Source of the DNA: the human T2T-CHM13v2.0 reference genome, Homo sapiens
Direction: 5' to 3' (one strand)
DNA: 64,000 bases
Assembly: GCF_009914755.1 (NCBI RefSeq)
Contig: NC_060935.1
In this document: in pieces, positions 27,246 to 42,831 of the stretch
Layout: each line of letters begins with the position of its first letter
Position numbering within the stretch: position 1 is the first letter of the stretch
Made by a program: the position numbers and the translations under genes
Notes under the pieces: generated by a model
What the model was told of the DNA's origin: nothing
What the model saw: the letters and a program-made list of their open reading frames with translations, nothing else
Databases searched by the model: none

Positions 27246-29837
27246 TCTTACTGTTTTTGTTGATATGTCAAAGTGTTAGCAGTGTCATAAATATGGGAAG
27301 AGTAAAGTTAGATTTAGTGAGATGGTTAGAGTAATATTGTTATAACATGTTACACGATAAAGTATATAATAATGCAGGCAGAAGATAATGAGAAACCAAA
27401 ATCAAGCCACAGAAGCCGTAACAAGAAGTGAAATAATTGAAAACACAAGTTTGCCTGTGTGTAGTTGCTTTACTTTGGTTTTATTTGCCTTCATATTTTG
27501 AAATATGAATTTTATAAAGAAATATATTACACTTAGAAATACAAATATATGTATGTATACATATCCCCATTTTAAACAGAAATTATTCTCATATGCATCT
27601 TTTTATTTAAAATATGATTTGAAATCTTTATACAGGTAGATGTACTTTTTTATATTTTTAATCTGTCTTATTGTCTTATTTATGATAGATAAATTCAGAA
27701 AATTTTATAATACATAAATGGTAGAACAATTTATATTCCTTTGGGTAAATACCTAGTAACGAGATTGCCAGGTCATTACAATAAGATTGTTAGTTCTGTT
27801 TTTCTTTGAGAAATTTTCAAAATACTTTTCGCAATGGCTGAACTAATTTTCATTCCAAACAGTAGTATGTAAGCACACCCTTGTCTCTGCATCCTTACCA
27901 ACATCTGCTCTACTATTTTTTGACTTTTTAATAATAGCCATTCTGACTGGTGCGACGTGGTATCACATTGTAGTTTTAATTTACACTTCTCTAATAATTA
28001 GTGATGGTTTTTTTTTTTCCCATGTGCTTGTTGGCTGCTTGTATGTTCTTTTAAGAAGTGTCTTTTCAAGCCCATTTTTAAATTTTTGTTTTGTTTTGTT
28101 TTTCTCTTGGTGATTTAAGTTCCTTATATATAGTGGTTATTATAACTTGTGGGATGTATAGTTTACAAATATTTTCTCCCTCTCTGTAGGTTGTCTATTT
28201 ACTCTGTTGATAGTTTCTTTGGCTGTGCAGAAGCTCTTTAGTTTTATGAGATACTACTTGTCTATTTTTGTTTTTGTTGCAATTGCTTTTGGAGTCTTCA
28301 TCATGAAATCTTTGCCAAGGTCAATGACCAGAATGGAATTTCCTATGGTTTCTTCTAGGGTTTTTACAGTTTTAGATTTTACATTTAATCTTAAATTCAT
28401 CATGTGTTGATTTTTGCATATAGTGAAGGGAAGGGATCTAGCTTCAGCTTTCTGCATATATCTAGTCAGTTATTCCAGCACCATTTATTGAATAGGAAAT
28501 CTTTTCTCTATTGCTTGATATTGTCAACTTTATCAATGATGAGATAATTAGAAGCACGTGGCTTTATTTCTGGTTTCTCTAAGCTGTCTATGTGTCTGTT
28601 TTTATAGCAGTACCATGCTGTTTTGGAGACTGTAGCCTTGTAGTATAGTTTGAACTTGGGTAATGTGATACTTTTAGTTTAATTCTCTTTGCTTAGGATT
28701 GCTTTGGGTGTTCAGGCTGTTTTGAGGAACCCTAAAATTCAGGTTCCATATGAATTTTAGATGTGATTTTCTAATTCTTTGAAAAATGACATTGATAATT
28801 TGATAGGAATGGTGCTGAATCTGTAAATTGCTTTGGGCTGTGTGACCATTTTTTTTAACAATATTAGTTCTTCCTAAGCATGAGCATGGGATGTTTTTCC
28901 ATCTTGCTGTATCATCTTGATTTCTTTCAGCAGTGTTTTGTAATTCTTATTCCAGAGATCTTCCAAATCCTTGGTTAGGTGTATTCCTATGTATTTTCTT
29001 CTTTTTGTGGCTATTGCATATGGTATTGTGTTCTTGACTTGGCTCTAAGCTCAGATATTACTGGTATTTAGAAATGCTACTAATTTGTGCACATCAATTT
29101 TATATTCTGACATTTTATTGAAGTTGTTTATCAGGTCTAGGAGCCTTTGGAAAGAGACCAAGGGGTTTTCTTAATAGCTTTTGTGGGTGTTTTGTATTTC
29201 TGTGAGGTCACTGGTAATGTTGCCTTTGTCATTTCTTAATGTGTTTATTTGAATCTTCTTTATTAGCCTGAATAGCAGTCTATATATCTCATTTCTTATT
29301 TCAAAACTTGAACTTAGAGTTTCAGTGATCTTTTCTATGGATTTTCTTGTCTCTATTTCACTCATTTCAGCTCTAATTTTGGTTACTTCTTTTGTTCTGT
29401 TAGTTTTGGGGTTGATTTACTCTTGGTTTTCTAGTTTGTCTAGGTATAATGTTGGGTTGTTAATTTGCAACATTTCTAACTTCTTGATATAGGAATTTAG
29501 CATTATAAACTTCCTCTTAACACTGCGTTACCCATGTCCTAGAGTTTCTAGTATGCTGTATCTTCATTTTCATTTTCTTCAAAATATTTTTGACTTCTTC
29601 AGTTTCATTCTTTGCCCAAAAGTGATTCAGGGGCAGGTTGTTTAATTTTCATGTAATTGTATGTTTTTGAGAGATCTTCTTGGTATCGATTTCTATTTTT
29701 ACTGTGCTGTGTTCTGGGACTATGGTTGATATGATTGCAATTTGTTTGAATTTGTGAAAATTGCTTTATGACTGCATATGTGGTCAATCTTAGGGTATAT
29801 GCCATGTGCAGATGAGAAGAATGTTGTTGTGTGGCAT

Positions 29838-30271
29838 TGATATGGTTTGAATCTGTGTTCCCATCTAAGTCTCATATCAAATTGTAATCCCCAGTTGGGA
29901 GGTGGGACCCTGTGGGTGGTGAATGGATCATGGGGGTGGTTTCTCATAAATGGGTTGGCACCATCCCCTTGTTGCTGTTCTCATGATAGTGAGTAAGTGA
30001 GTGAGTTATCATGATATTTGGTTGTTTGAAAGTTTGTAGCACCTCTCTCTCTCTCTCTCTCTCTCTCTCGGTCCTACTCCTGCCATGTAAGATGCCTGCT
30101 CCTGCTTTGCCTTCCACCATGAGTAAAAGCTCCCTGAAGCCTCCCCAGAAGCAGATACTGCCATGCTTCCTGTACAGCCTGCAGAACTATGAGGCAATTA
30201 AACCTCTTTTCTTTACAAATGACCCAGTCTCAGATTATTTCTTTATAGGGCTGTGAGAATGGACTAATACA
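29838..30271 (+). mobile_element. MSTA MaLR solo LTR inserted in L1
   Basis: tgatatggtttgaatctgtgttccc...ggactaataca; 5-bp TSD ggcat/ggctt. Confidence 0.92.
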
Positions 30272-31001
30272 GGCTTGTTTAGCAGATGTCTGTTAGGTCC
30301 ATTTGATAAAGTGTCAAGTTTAGGTGTCAAATGTCTTTGTTAGTGTTCTGTCTTAATGATGTATCTAATACTATTGGTGTGGTTTTAAAGATTCCCACTA
30401 TACTTGTGTGATTATATAAGTCTTTTTCGTATGTTTCTAAGCATTTGTTTTATGAATCTGGGTTTTCCAGTGTTGGATGCATATATACCTAAGATAGTTA
30501 AGTCTTGTTGAAGTTAATCCTTTATCATTATGTAATACCCTTGTCTTTTTTTAATTGCTGTTGATTTAAACTATTTTTGTCTGAAATAAAAATAGCAACC
30601 TCTGCTCTTTTACATTTTCCATTTGCTTGATAGATCTATCTCCATCCCTTTACTTTTAGCCTACGTGTGTCAATGCATGTGAAATGGGTGTTTGGAGACA
30701 ATATAAAATTGGGTCTTGCTGCTTTATTCAACTTGCCACTCTGCGCCTTTTAAGTGGGGAATTTAGCCCGGTTCATTCAAAGTTAATATTGATATGGGAT
30801 GATTTGATACTGTTGTCATGTTGTTAGCTGATTGTTATGTAAGCATAATTGTATATTTGCTTTATAGTGTCAGAGGGCTACGTACTTAAGTGTGTTTTTG
30901 TGGCGGCAGGTCTTTTATTATGACCACACACAGGTGTGGTGGTAATAAATTACCTTAACTTTTACTTTTCTGAAAAGGATTGTATTCTCCTTCACTAATG
31001 A

Positions 31002-31379
<378 letters not shown>

Positions 31380-33197
31380 TGAATATGGGCCCCCAAACTC
31401 TTCTGGCTTGTAAGGTTTTTTTCTGAAAGGCTGGCTATTAGCTTGAAGGAGTTCCCTTTATAAGTAAGCTTCCATTTCTGTCTAGCTGCCATTAATATTT
31501 TTTGTGTGTGTGGACCTTGGAGAATATGATGACGATGTGTCATGGGGATGATCATTTTGTACAGTATCTTGCAAGAGTTCTCTGAATTTTCTGAATTTGC
31601 ATGTTGATCTCTCTGGTGAGGTTGAGGAAATTTTTGTGGATAAATTTTCAAATATGTTTTCCAAGTTACTTGCTCTCTTTCTCTCTCTTTCTGGGGTGCA
31701 GTGAGTTGTAGGTTTGGTCTCTTTACATAATCAGATATTTCAAGGAGGTGTTGTTCACTTTTTAGATGCTTTTTACAAATTTTTGTCTGAATAAGTTGTT
31801 TTGAAGAACCAGTCTTTGAGCTTTGACGTTCTTTTTCTGCTTGGTCTATTCTCCTGTTAAAATTTACAATTATATTAATTAATTTTTGTAGTGGGCTATT
31901 CAGTTCTAAGAAATCAGTTTGGTTCTTTCTTAAAGTGGCTATTTCAGTTTTCTGCTCTTATATAATTTTATTGGATCGCTTATACTCCTTAGATTGGGTT
32001 TTAGCTTTCTCCTGTATCTCAATGATATTCATGGACATCCAGATTCTGAATTTTATGTCTGTTATTTCAACCATTTCAGTTGGGTTAAGAACCATTTCTG
32101 AGGAGCTAGTGTGGTCATTTGTAGGTAAGAAGACACTCTAGCTATTTTGAGTTGCCAGAGTTCTTGCCTGAGTTGCCAGAGTTCTGATCCTTTCTCATGT
32201 GTGTGGGCTGATGTTCCTTTAAGGTTTGAAGTTGCTGTCCTATGAAGGGACCTTTTCACTTTTATATTCTTTGATACTCTTGAGAGTTTGACTATGGTAA
32301 AAGTTGGGTTTTCAACTGGCTTTGTTTCTGAGTGATTTCAGGGACCAAAGCTCAGCTCAGCATTCCTTAGCTTCCTGATCTACCCCTAAGAGGATGTGAC
32401 CAGGCCTGCAGCTTTTTTCCTGGCCCCTCAAGGTTAAACTCGTGCTGTGCTGGAGGGGCTGAGGTGTTCCCAGACCACTGACAACAACACTATGATGGGA
32501 GGCTGTTAGCAAAAGTGCCTTAGCGCAGCACTGGCAGAATGGCATGGGTCCCTCTGCATGTGTGCACCACCAGTGGGGTGATGGTTCATCCCAGGTGTGC
32601 TTGCACTTCAGTGGTAGGACAGCAATGGGTTTAGTGTGTGCGTGCACCAGCAAAGCAGCAGGGACCAGCTGAGGGCAAGTGCCCACTAGCAGACACCCGC
32701 CTGCAAAAGCTCTCAGACTGTTAAGCAGAGTCTGTGGGCAAAAGAGGTATGAGGGTGACTACCAGCAAACTCCTCTCCGAGACAGCTGAGGTTTCACTGC
32801 AAGTAAATATGGCCAGGCAGGGACCCAGAGATAGAACAGCAGGCAGTGATTGCTCAGATCAGACTTGCCCCATCTAACAGGTTAGATAGCCCTACTCTGT
32901 CCAGGTCTGGCAATCAACAAACCCTAAAGTTTCCTAGAGGAGTATGGCAAGCCTTAGGGGATGGGCGCCCATGGCCTGATCAACAGCAACTGTTCCTGCT
33001 AGTTGGCAATCCTGTGCAGGGTTTGCAGCTTCCTTCTCTTTCAGCCCAGGGTCTGCGTCCTCCTTCTGTCCACTCTCAATGTCTTCTTTCCAAAGATCTG
33101 TTCAGAGTGTGCCTCTCTTCTTAATGATCTGTTGTCTCAGTGGGTGAAGTTCTTCCTGGCTGTGTTAAATTGGCCATCTTGGCTCCTTCCCTCCATT

Positions 33198-33275
33198 TAA
33201 TCTTAATTTACTGCTAAAAGTCCTGTCTCCAAATAGTCACATTGGGGGTTAGGGTTTCAACATTGTAGGGACAAA
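33198..33275 (-). mobile_element. MLT1A-like LTR fragment
   Basis: cctgtctccaaatagtcacattgggggttagggtttcaacat. Confidence 0.6.
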
Positions 33276-33877
33276 AATACCATCTACAGTATCATTTAAA
33301 TGAACAGAAGCATTTATTCTATTTTTATTTACTGTAATTACAAAAATGTTCAATTAAAATATGTTATTAACACTTTTGTTTTCTTCAAAGATTCTTATAG
33401 TGTTAGCTCTTACATTTAGGTTTTAATTCATTTTGAGGTAACTTTTTGATATATTGTGAGCTACGCATTTTAAGTATGGCTATAGTAGCCATTTACTGAA
33501 GTGAGGTCAAAGTGAAAATCATTGAAGTTGAGAGCAAACACATGTAAAACTAAACAATGGAATGAGTCATTATATTAAAATTAATCAAGGTAATAGTAGG
33601 AGGTGGAAGGGAGAGGAATATCTAACTGGGATTCACAGTCTCATTTTCTGCAAGGAGTAAATTCATTTGCTTTTTTAGTTAATAATGAAGTCAATATCTC
33701 AATCCCTTTATGATTTTCTTCTGGTTGTCATATTTATCATGCAGTTCTGATTACTGTGTATGTTAATTATCATACACTGCCTCTTTAAAATTCTACTAAA
33801 ATTGATGAACACTTTTTTTTCTAAGCTGGATACTGGAACTTGTTTTGTGATCAGGAATTAGCATTATACCTACAGAC

Positions 33878-33923
<46 letters not shown>

Positions 33924-33931
33924 ATCTATCT
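33878..33931. repeat. Tetranucleotide STR (TCTA)11 TCA TCTA TCT
   Basis: read directly. Confidence 0.97.
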
Positions 33932-34097
33932 TCTTCCAATACCCTGAAACATGATTTAAATTCTAATTGTATGAGATGAACAAAATAGAAGAATCCTGTG
34001 ATGAGAATTTAATGCAATTTATTATGCATACTTAAGAGTAACATATTTTGAAGTTACAGTGTACACATTGTAAGAACCTTTCTGAAGCACACAAGAC

Positions 34098-34399
34098 TTT
34101 TTTTTTTTTTTTTGTCTTAGTCTTGCTCTCTCATTCAGGCTGGAGTGCAGTGTCACAATCTCGACTCACTGCAACATCTGCCTCCTGGGTCAAGTGATTC
34201 TCCTACCTCAGCCTCCTGAGTAGTTGGGATTACAGGCATCCACTACCATGCCCAGCTAATTTTTGTATTTTTAGTAGAGACAGGTCTCACCATGCCAGTC
34301 AGTTGGTCAGGCTGGTCTCAAACTCCTGACCTCAGGTGATCTGCCTGCCTCGGCCTCCCAAAGTGCTAGGATTACAGGCTTGAGCCACCGCACCTGGCT
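34098..34399 (-). mobile_element. AluS (Sz/Sx-like)
   Basis: poly-T...caggctggagtgcag...gacctcaggtgatctgcctgcctcggcctcccaaagtgc. Confidence 0.95.
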
Positions 34400-34626
34400 G
34401 ATAAGACAATTGTAAGGAAATCTTTCATATAATGTAACCTCTGCAGGAGTCTTAGCCATATTCTGAGTGAGGATTACTTTGGATAGCAGTGATGAACACT
34501 CAAATTCCCACAAAATGCCAGTTTTTGCAATAGTGTAATCTGTCAAAGGAATTCACAATGCCCTCTAAATGTTGAGAGTTTGCCTGGGATGCCAAGACCT
34601 GCCATTTCTTAAAAAATGAAGTGGGC

Positions 34627-35404
<778 letters not shown>

Positions 35405-38400
35405 AGGAGCCAATATACCTTTTTTCTTCTAAGCAATGTCCCCAGAATGACTTTATTTAAAAAAAAAGTTTCATTGAAATGCATCTTTATTTATATCTGG
35501 AAAGAAATAAAACAGCTAATCTAGCACTATAGATGCCACGATCATATTCATTTTGCATTAAGTAATCAAGATATCATAAGTAGTGGGTCAATCATGAGAA
35601 AGCCAGGATTCAAACTAGGTGAGCTTATTTGAGAAAACATATTATTAATAATTAAACTATCCGCTTTTTCACTACATTCTTTGGGATGAGTCCATGGTGT
35701 GTGCAGCCTGAGAAGCTTCCTAGGTAACTCTGACATTCATTCCTGATTGAAAATTGCTGCTCTAAGCACAAAACTCTGTGCATGATAACTGCTTGAACAG
35801 CCTTGTGCTTAAAGTGTCAGCTTTTTTCTACTTGATAAGAAAAAGGGATATAGAATTGAATAAAAAGCGCCATTCTGTTAGAAATGTGAAGTTAAGCTAG
35901 GTGCCATAATACTTCCTGCAGAGTGCAATAAAACAATTCTTGTGAAAATGTGGTTTAGTAACTTACTTTTAATCCTGCTCACTATTATGTAGATTCTTCA
36001 ATAAATGTGGAACTGTCGCTTCATATATCTTAGTGTGCTATAACACTTCCAAGGACCCCATAAGGACACTACATATTTGGAGGCACCTGTAAAATACAGT
36101 TTGAAGTGCCCTTTCATATTATTCTTATCACATTATTTAATTGTCAATAAGGTCTTTAAGGTAAGGAATTGTGTTCTTGTTTTCTCTATTTAGCCCCAAA
36201 AACTTGAGTATCAGAGTGATGTGTATTACTGGTTCAAAAAATGCCTCCTGAATTCTTATTTTGTGACCTCCCTTTGTTTAAAAATGACTTTTCTCAGACT
36301 TATGAAATGCAGGGTCTCAATATTATTCAGGACAACAAACTATTTGTCTTGCATGTGCATTTTTAATAAAAATCATTTCACAAATAAGAAAGCCATATAA
36401 AAAAGGAAGATACTATATAATCAAGAACCTGGTAGGAAATAACCAAGATTTATCAAACTGCATGTAAGAAAACAGGGCCTCGGGCACAGTGAAAACAAAT
36501 GTACTCCTTGTGAATTCAGTCATCTGAAAAAAATTGGGACTAAGAAAGTATAAACAGCTGCTTACCATGCGTGGGAAAAAATCAAATGAACAGGGCTGAT
36601 GAAGCATCAGTAAAATTATTTGATGACTAGGGAAGAAAGACAAAGTGCAAAGTGAAAATAAGCTGCTTAATTAAAATGTTTCCCTCTACCTCTGTTATGA
36701 AATAAACACAAAATCTTTTTGTTTAATCAAACTTTCTTTATATTTAAATTATTCTCTGGAGTTCCACATTGGTGATTTAGGCCAAGCTCATTATTCAGAT
36801 GTTAAAAAGAAAAACATGCTTTTTGAAGAAGGACTATTATTCAGCTTTGAAAATCCATAGTGGATTGTACTTTCCTGTCCTGCTTACATTGATATGACAC
36901 TTAAAACCATAAATTTTTCTTCTGGTATTTATTCTCATGACCTGATAATGAAATATGCATTTCAAAGAATGTCATAAGAGTGAAGAAAATTACATTAAAC
37001 ATTTATGAGTTTATTATTCCCATATTAAATCCAACAACAAGGCCTATAATTCTGCCTGTTAAATAATATTTCAAATATATCCAGTGAAGAGAAATGCCAA
37101 GGTGGTTGATTAGAAGAAGCTAGTGCATGCCGTTCTCATAGAGAAGAGACAGAATGACAAATAAGCACTAACTTTTCAAGTGGATCGCCCAGGAGGCTGT
37201 GTTGGAATTCATCAAGGAAGCAATATTGACCCACAGAGAACAGAAAAGAGAAAGGCAGGAGAACCAACCACAGGTACTGGCACAGAGCCCGGGGGAGAGG
37301 GGGGCTTCCTGCTGTGGGGAAGGGGTGAGTGAGTGAGTGTCCCTGGGGACTCACACTTCTGCCAAGGAACTTTGCAATCCTTGGCATAGAAGATCCCTCA
37401 TGAACCCTCTGGTCTACAGAACCACATGGAGAGCTGCCTGGAGTATGGACAGAGCCACTGCTCAAGCCTCCACAGAGACCCACAGGCTTTGGATCTCTAA
37501 GTATCCTGTTGCCAACAGCAATAGACCTGCCAACAAGGGCCCCCAGGCTCTTGTGTGTACCTCTGGATAGGGGCTATATCTATGGTGCTGAGAAGCAGAT
37601 GGACAACAGTTTGCTCCTCCTCTATATCTCTCCAGGCAGGGCCTCCTCGCCTGGGCCCCCATTACAGCTGCCCCATCACACTTGATTACTTAAATCAGTA
37701 GCAGCCTGCATTTCTCTGGGATGGAGCTCCCAAAGACAACTGAAAGGTCTTCTGTCATGGCTGCCACGGTGGTAATCATCGTTGCTTCCCCCAGCTAGAG
37801 AGGAAACAAACATTCTGATTGTTTTTGTGCTCCTATAGTGTGCTTTAACTGTCCTAAGGAGAGAAGGACAGACTGTTCTCTCCATGAGTTCCCAGACCCC
37901 CTGTTCTTCACCAGGCAGGGCCCCATGGCTTAGGCCTGCAGCATAATTGTTGTATCCCAGCTGATCACTTTGATCAGCCATGAGTCTGTTTTTCTGTGGA
38001 GCAGAGCTCCCAGAGAAAACTCACAGGCCCACTGCCATTGCCACTGCTGAGGTCACTGCCCTGTTGCCTCAAACTTTGGGGTGAGGGGAGAACAAAAAGC
38101 CTCAACTCGTCCCAGGGCTGCAGCGCTGACATCTGTGGCCAGCACTCAAACATTCAAACGGGGGAGGAGCCCACACACTCAGTGCACTGACATGGATGAG
38201 GCTCATGGGTCCACAGGCTGCTCCAGGAGCCCGGAATGCCTCCCTCTACAGGACTGGCCCAGAAAAGGCATGGCTTATCTCCCTGCGGTGGCTTCTGTTG
38301 AGGGAGCTCCATAGCCTAGAACACCTAACAAAGGACACACAAGTGCAGTGCCAGTGATTGGAGGGGGCTCCTTTAAGGCCCAAAAGGGAACATGGTGAGG

Positions 38401-41400
38401 CGCGTCACCACTCTCCCTGCTGCACTCCAGAGCACACCTGCAAACACCAGAAATACAAAGGAGCTATGTGGCTAAGAACCTATCTACTGCCCATTATTCT
38501 TAAGTGTCATCTAACAGATAAAAGCCCAAACTACAACCCCAAAGCCACTTTGCTAATATTCTCCCTTGTGCAACCAATGGCAAGGATTCAGACCCAAATA
38601 AAGACCCTGCACAAAGCCTTGGCTCTCTGAAAAATCCAGAAACAAAGCCAAGTGACTATACTCAAGTTACGCCATAGTTAAAAAAGCACCAGTTCTCTCA
38701 GATGAGAAAGAATCAGCACAAGAACTCTGGCAATAAAACAAAGAAAAAAATGTTCTTTTATCTCCAAATGAGTTAACTAGCTCTCTAGCAATGATTCTTA
38801 ATCAGGCAGAAGTGACTGAAGTGGCAGACATTAAATTCAGAATCTGGATGTTAAGGAAGTTCATTGAGATTCAATAAAAAGTTGAAACCCAGTTCAAGAT
38901 ATCCAGTAAAATGCCAAGAGCTAAAAGAAAAAAATAGCCACTTTAAAAAGAGCCAAACTGATCTTCTAGAGTTAAAAAATATACTAAAATAATTTCATGA
39001 TACAATTAGAACTACTAACAGCAGAATATGCCAAAACAAAGAAAGAAACTATGAGCTTGAAGACAAGTGCTTTAAATTACCTCAATCAGGCAAAAATCAA
39101 GAATAAAGAATTAAGAAATGTGAATAAAACCTCCAAGAAATATGGGACTATGTAAAGAGTTCAAATCTAGGACTCATTGGCATTCCTGAGAGAGAATAAA
39201 CAATATTGAAATTATGTTTGAAAATATAGTCCATAAAAATTTCTCCAATCTTGCTATAGTGATTGACATACAAGCCTAAGCAATAGACAGAACCCTGGCT
39301 AGATGCTATGCAAGATGATTATACCAATGCATGTAGTCATCACATTCACCAAGGACAATGCAAAAACAGAAAAAATAAAAGAATAAAGTTAAAGGCAGCT
39401 AGAGAGAAGGGTCAAGTCATGTACAGAGGGAATGCCATCAGGCTAGCAGCAGAACTTTCAGCAGAAACTTTATAAACCATCAGAGATTGGGAGTATATTT
39501 TCGTCATATTTAAAGAAAAATTCTAGCCAAGAATTTCATACCCTGCCAAACTAAAATTCATTAATGAAGGAGAATTACAATCTTTCTCAGACAAGAAAAT
39601 ACAGAGGAAATTCATTTCAATTAGACCAGTCTTACGAGAGGTACTTAAGGGAGTGCTAAACATGGCACTGAAAGAACACCAACTGCTAACACATAAGCAC
39701 ACTTAAGCACATTTCCCAAAGGAAATAGAAAGCCACTATACAGCCAATTTTACATAACAACCAGCTAACAATATGAAGACAAAATCTCACATAGCAATTC
39801 TAACCCTGAATGTAAATGGACTAAACAGCCCACTTAAAAGGCTTAGAGTGGTCAGCAGGATAAAAAGACAAGGCTCAACCATGTGTTACTTTAAGACCCA
39901 TCTCATGTGGAATGATACAGATAAGCTCAAAGTACAGGGATAGAGGAAAATCTACCATGCAAATAAAAAACAACAAAGAGCAGGAGTTGCTATTCTTATA
40001 TCAGATAAAACACACTTTAAACCAATAAATATGAAGAAGGACATTACTTAATAATAGAGTTCAACTCAACAAGGAGACTTAACTATTCTCAATATATACA
40101 CACCCAACATTTGAGTTTCCAGATTCATAAAACAAGTTCTTCTGGAACTACAAAAAGACATAGAGAACCACACAATAACAGTGGGAGACTTCATCATCTC
40201 ATTGATAGCATTAGACAGATCATCAAGGTAGAGAACTAACAAAATAATTGTGGACGTAAACTAGGCACTTGGCCAATTGGACCTAATAGACATCTACAGA
40301 AAGCTCCACCCAACAAACACAGAATATATATTCTTCTCACCTGCACACACAACATATTCTAAAATCAACCACATGCTCGGTCATAAAACAAGTCTGAATA
40401 AATTAAAAAAAATTACAATCATTCAAGCACACTCTTAGAGTATTCTGAAATAAAAACAGAAATCTATATGAAGAACCTCTCTCAGTACTACCCAAATTCA
40501 TGGAAATCAAACAACTTATTCCTGAATGACTCCCTGGTAAACATAAAAATTAAGATAGAAATAAAAAATTTCTTTGAAATTGATGAAAATGAGAACTCAA
40601 CTTACCAAAATCTCTGAGATGCAGGTAAAGCCAGTGTTAAGGGGAAAGTTGATACCACTAAATGCCGTCATCAAGAAGTTAGAAAATCTCAATTAACAAT
40701 CTCAATTTGGACCTAAAAGAACTAAGGGGGAAAGAAAAAACCAACCCCATAGCCAGTAGAAGAAAAGAAATGACTAAATTTAGAGAATGAATAAAATTTA
40801 GATGCAAAAATCTCTACAAAATATCAATTAAATCAAAAGTTGATTCAAAATAAACAAGGTTAATAGACTGCTAGATTTAAAAATCCAAATAAGTACAATC
40901 AGAAATGACAATTATGACATTACAACTAATCCCACAAAAGGCAAAAGATTCTTAGAAAAAACTATGAAAAATTCTATGCACACAAATTAGAAAATCTAGT
41001 GGAAATAGACACATTTCTGGAAACACACATCTTCTAAGACTGAATCAAGAAGAGATTGAGACACTGAATAGATCAATGTTGAGCCCTGAAATTGAATCTG
41101 TAATATATATATATATATATACACACACATATCCCTACCAAACAAAAAAAGCTCTGGACCAGATGGATGCACAGCTGAATTCTACAAGTTGTACTAAATT
41201 CCTACTGAAGCTATTCCAAAAAATTGAGGAGATACTCCTCCCTAGCTCATTCTATGAAGCCAGCATCAGTCTAATACCTAAATCTGGTAGAGACACAGCA
41301 AAAAAATGAGAACTTCAGGTCAATACCCCTGATTAACCTAAATGCAAAAATCCTCAACAAAATATTAGCTAACTGTATCCAGAATTACATCATAAACACA

Positions 41401-42256
41401 TCAAGTAAGCTTTATTCCTGGGATGCAAGGATATGTTGACTTAACAGATCAATAAATGAAATTCACCAGGTAAACAGAATCAAAAACAAAAACCATATGA
41501 TCATCTCAATAGATACAGACAAAGATTTTGATAAAATCCACCATCCCTTCATAATAAAAACCCTCAACAGTGTAGGCATTGAAGGAACATACCTCGAAAT
41601 AATGAGCCATCTATCACAAACCCAGAGCCAACTTTATAACAAATGGGCAAAAGCTGGAAGCATTCCCCTTGAGGACTAGAACAAGACAATGATGTCTACT
41701 CTCATTACTCCTATTTAACATAGCACTGAAGGTCCTAGCCAGAAAATTCAGGCAAGAGAAAGAAAAAGACGGCATACGAATAAGAAAAGAATATGTCAAA
41801 CTATCTCACTTCCCTAACAATATGATTCTATATGTAGAAAATCCTAAATACTCTGCCAAATGGCTACTAGAACTGATAAATGATTTCAGTAAGGTTTCAG
41901 GATACAAAATCAATGTACAAAAATCAATAGCATTTCTATACATTAATAAAGTCCAGGCTGAGAGTCAAATCAAGAACACAAAACCATTTACAATAGCCAC
42001 AAAGAATATGAAATACCTGGGAATATAGCTAACCAAAGGTGAAATATCTCTAGAAAGATAAATACAAACATTGCTGAAAGAAATCAGACACAACACAAAT
42101 AAATGGAAAAAAATATTCTGTACTCATGTATTAGAATAATAAATACTGTTAAATGGTCATATTGCCCAAAGCAATTTATAGATTCAATACTATTTCTATC
42201 AAACTGCCAATGTCATTCTTCACAGAATTAGAAAAATCTATTCTAAGATTCATGTG

Positions 42257-42831
42257 TGTGATGCTTAAGTGCCAACTTGAAAAGATTGAAGGATGCCTGG
42301 ATAACCCATAAACTATTGTTTCTGGGTGTGTCTGTGAGGGTGTTACCAGACGAGATTGACATTTGAGTCAGTGGGTTGGGAGAGGAAGATCCACCCTCAA
42401 TGTGGGTGGGCACCATTCTGGCTGGAAGTGTGGCTAGAACAAAGCATGTGGAAGAAGGTGGGATGAGCTGGCTTGCTCAGTCTTCTGGGTTCATCTTTCT
42501 TCCTTACTGGATGCTTCAGTCCATTCCTACCACCCTTGGACATCAGACCCCAGGGTTTTTGGCCTTTGGAATCTTGGACTTTCACCAGTGGTTTGCCAGG
42601 GACTCTCAGGCCTTCAGCCATAGACTGAAACCTACACCGTCAACTTTCCTGCTTTTGAGGCTTTTGAACTCGGACTAAGCCACTACTGCCTTCTTTCTTC
42701 CTCAGCTTACAGACAGCCTATTGTGGGACTTCGCCCCATGACTGTGTGAGCCAATTATCCTTAATAAACTCCCTTTCATATAAACATATATCCTGTTAGT
42801 TCTGTTCCGCTGGATAACCCTGACTAATACA
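42257..42831 (+). mobile_element. MLT2A (HERVL) solo LTR inserted in L1 ORF2
   Basis: tgtgatg...gggtgtgtctgtgagggtgtt...ccaccctcaatgtgggtgggcacca...accctgactaataca. Confidence 0.92.

Noticed and set aside
32148-32185. 21-bp period duplication tgagttgccagagttct
   Set aside because: Trivial slippage in L1 ORF1 with no functional implication
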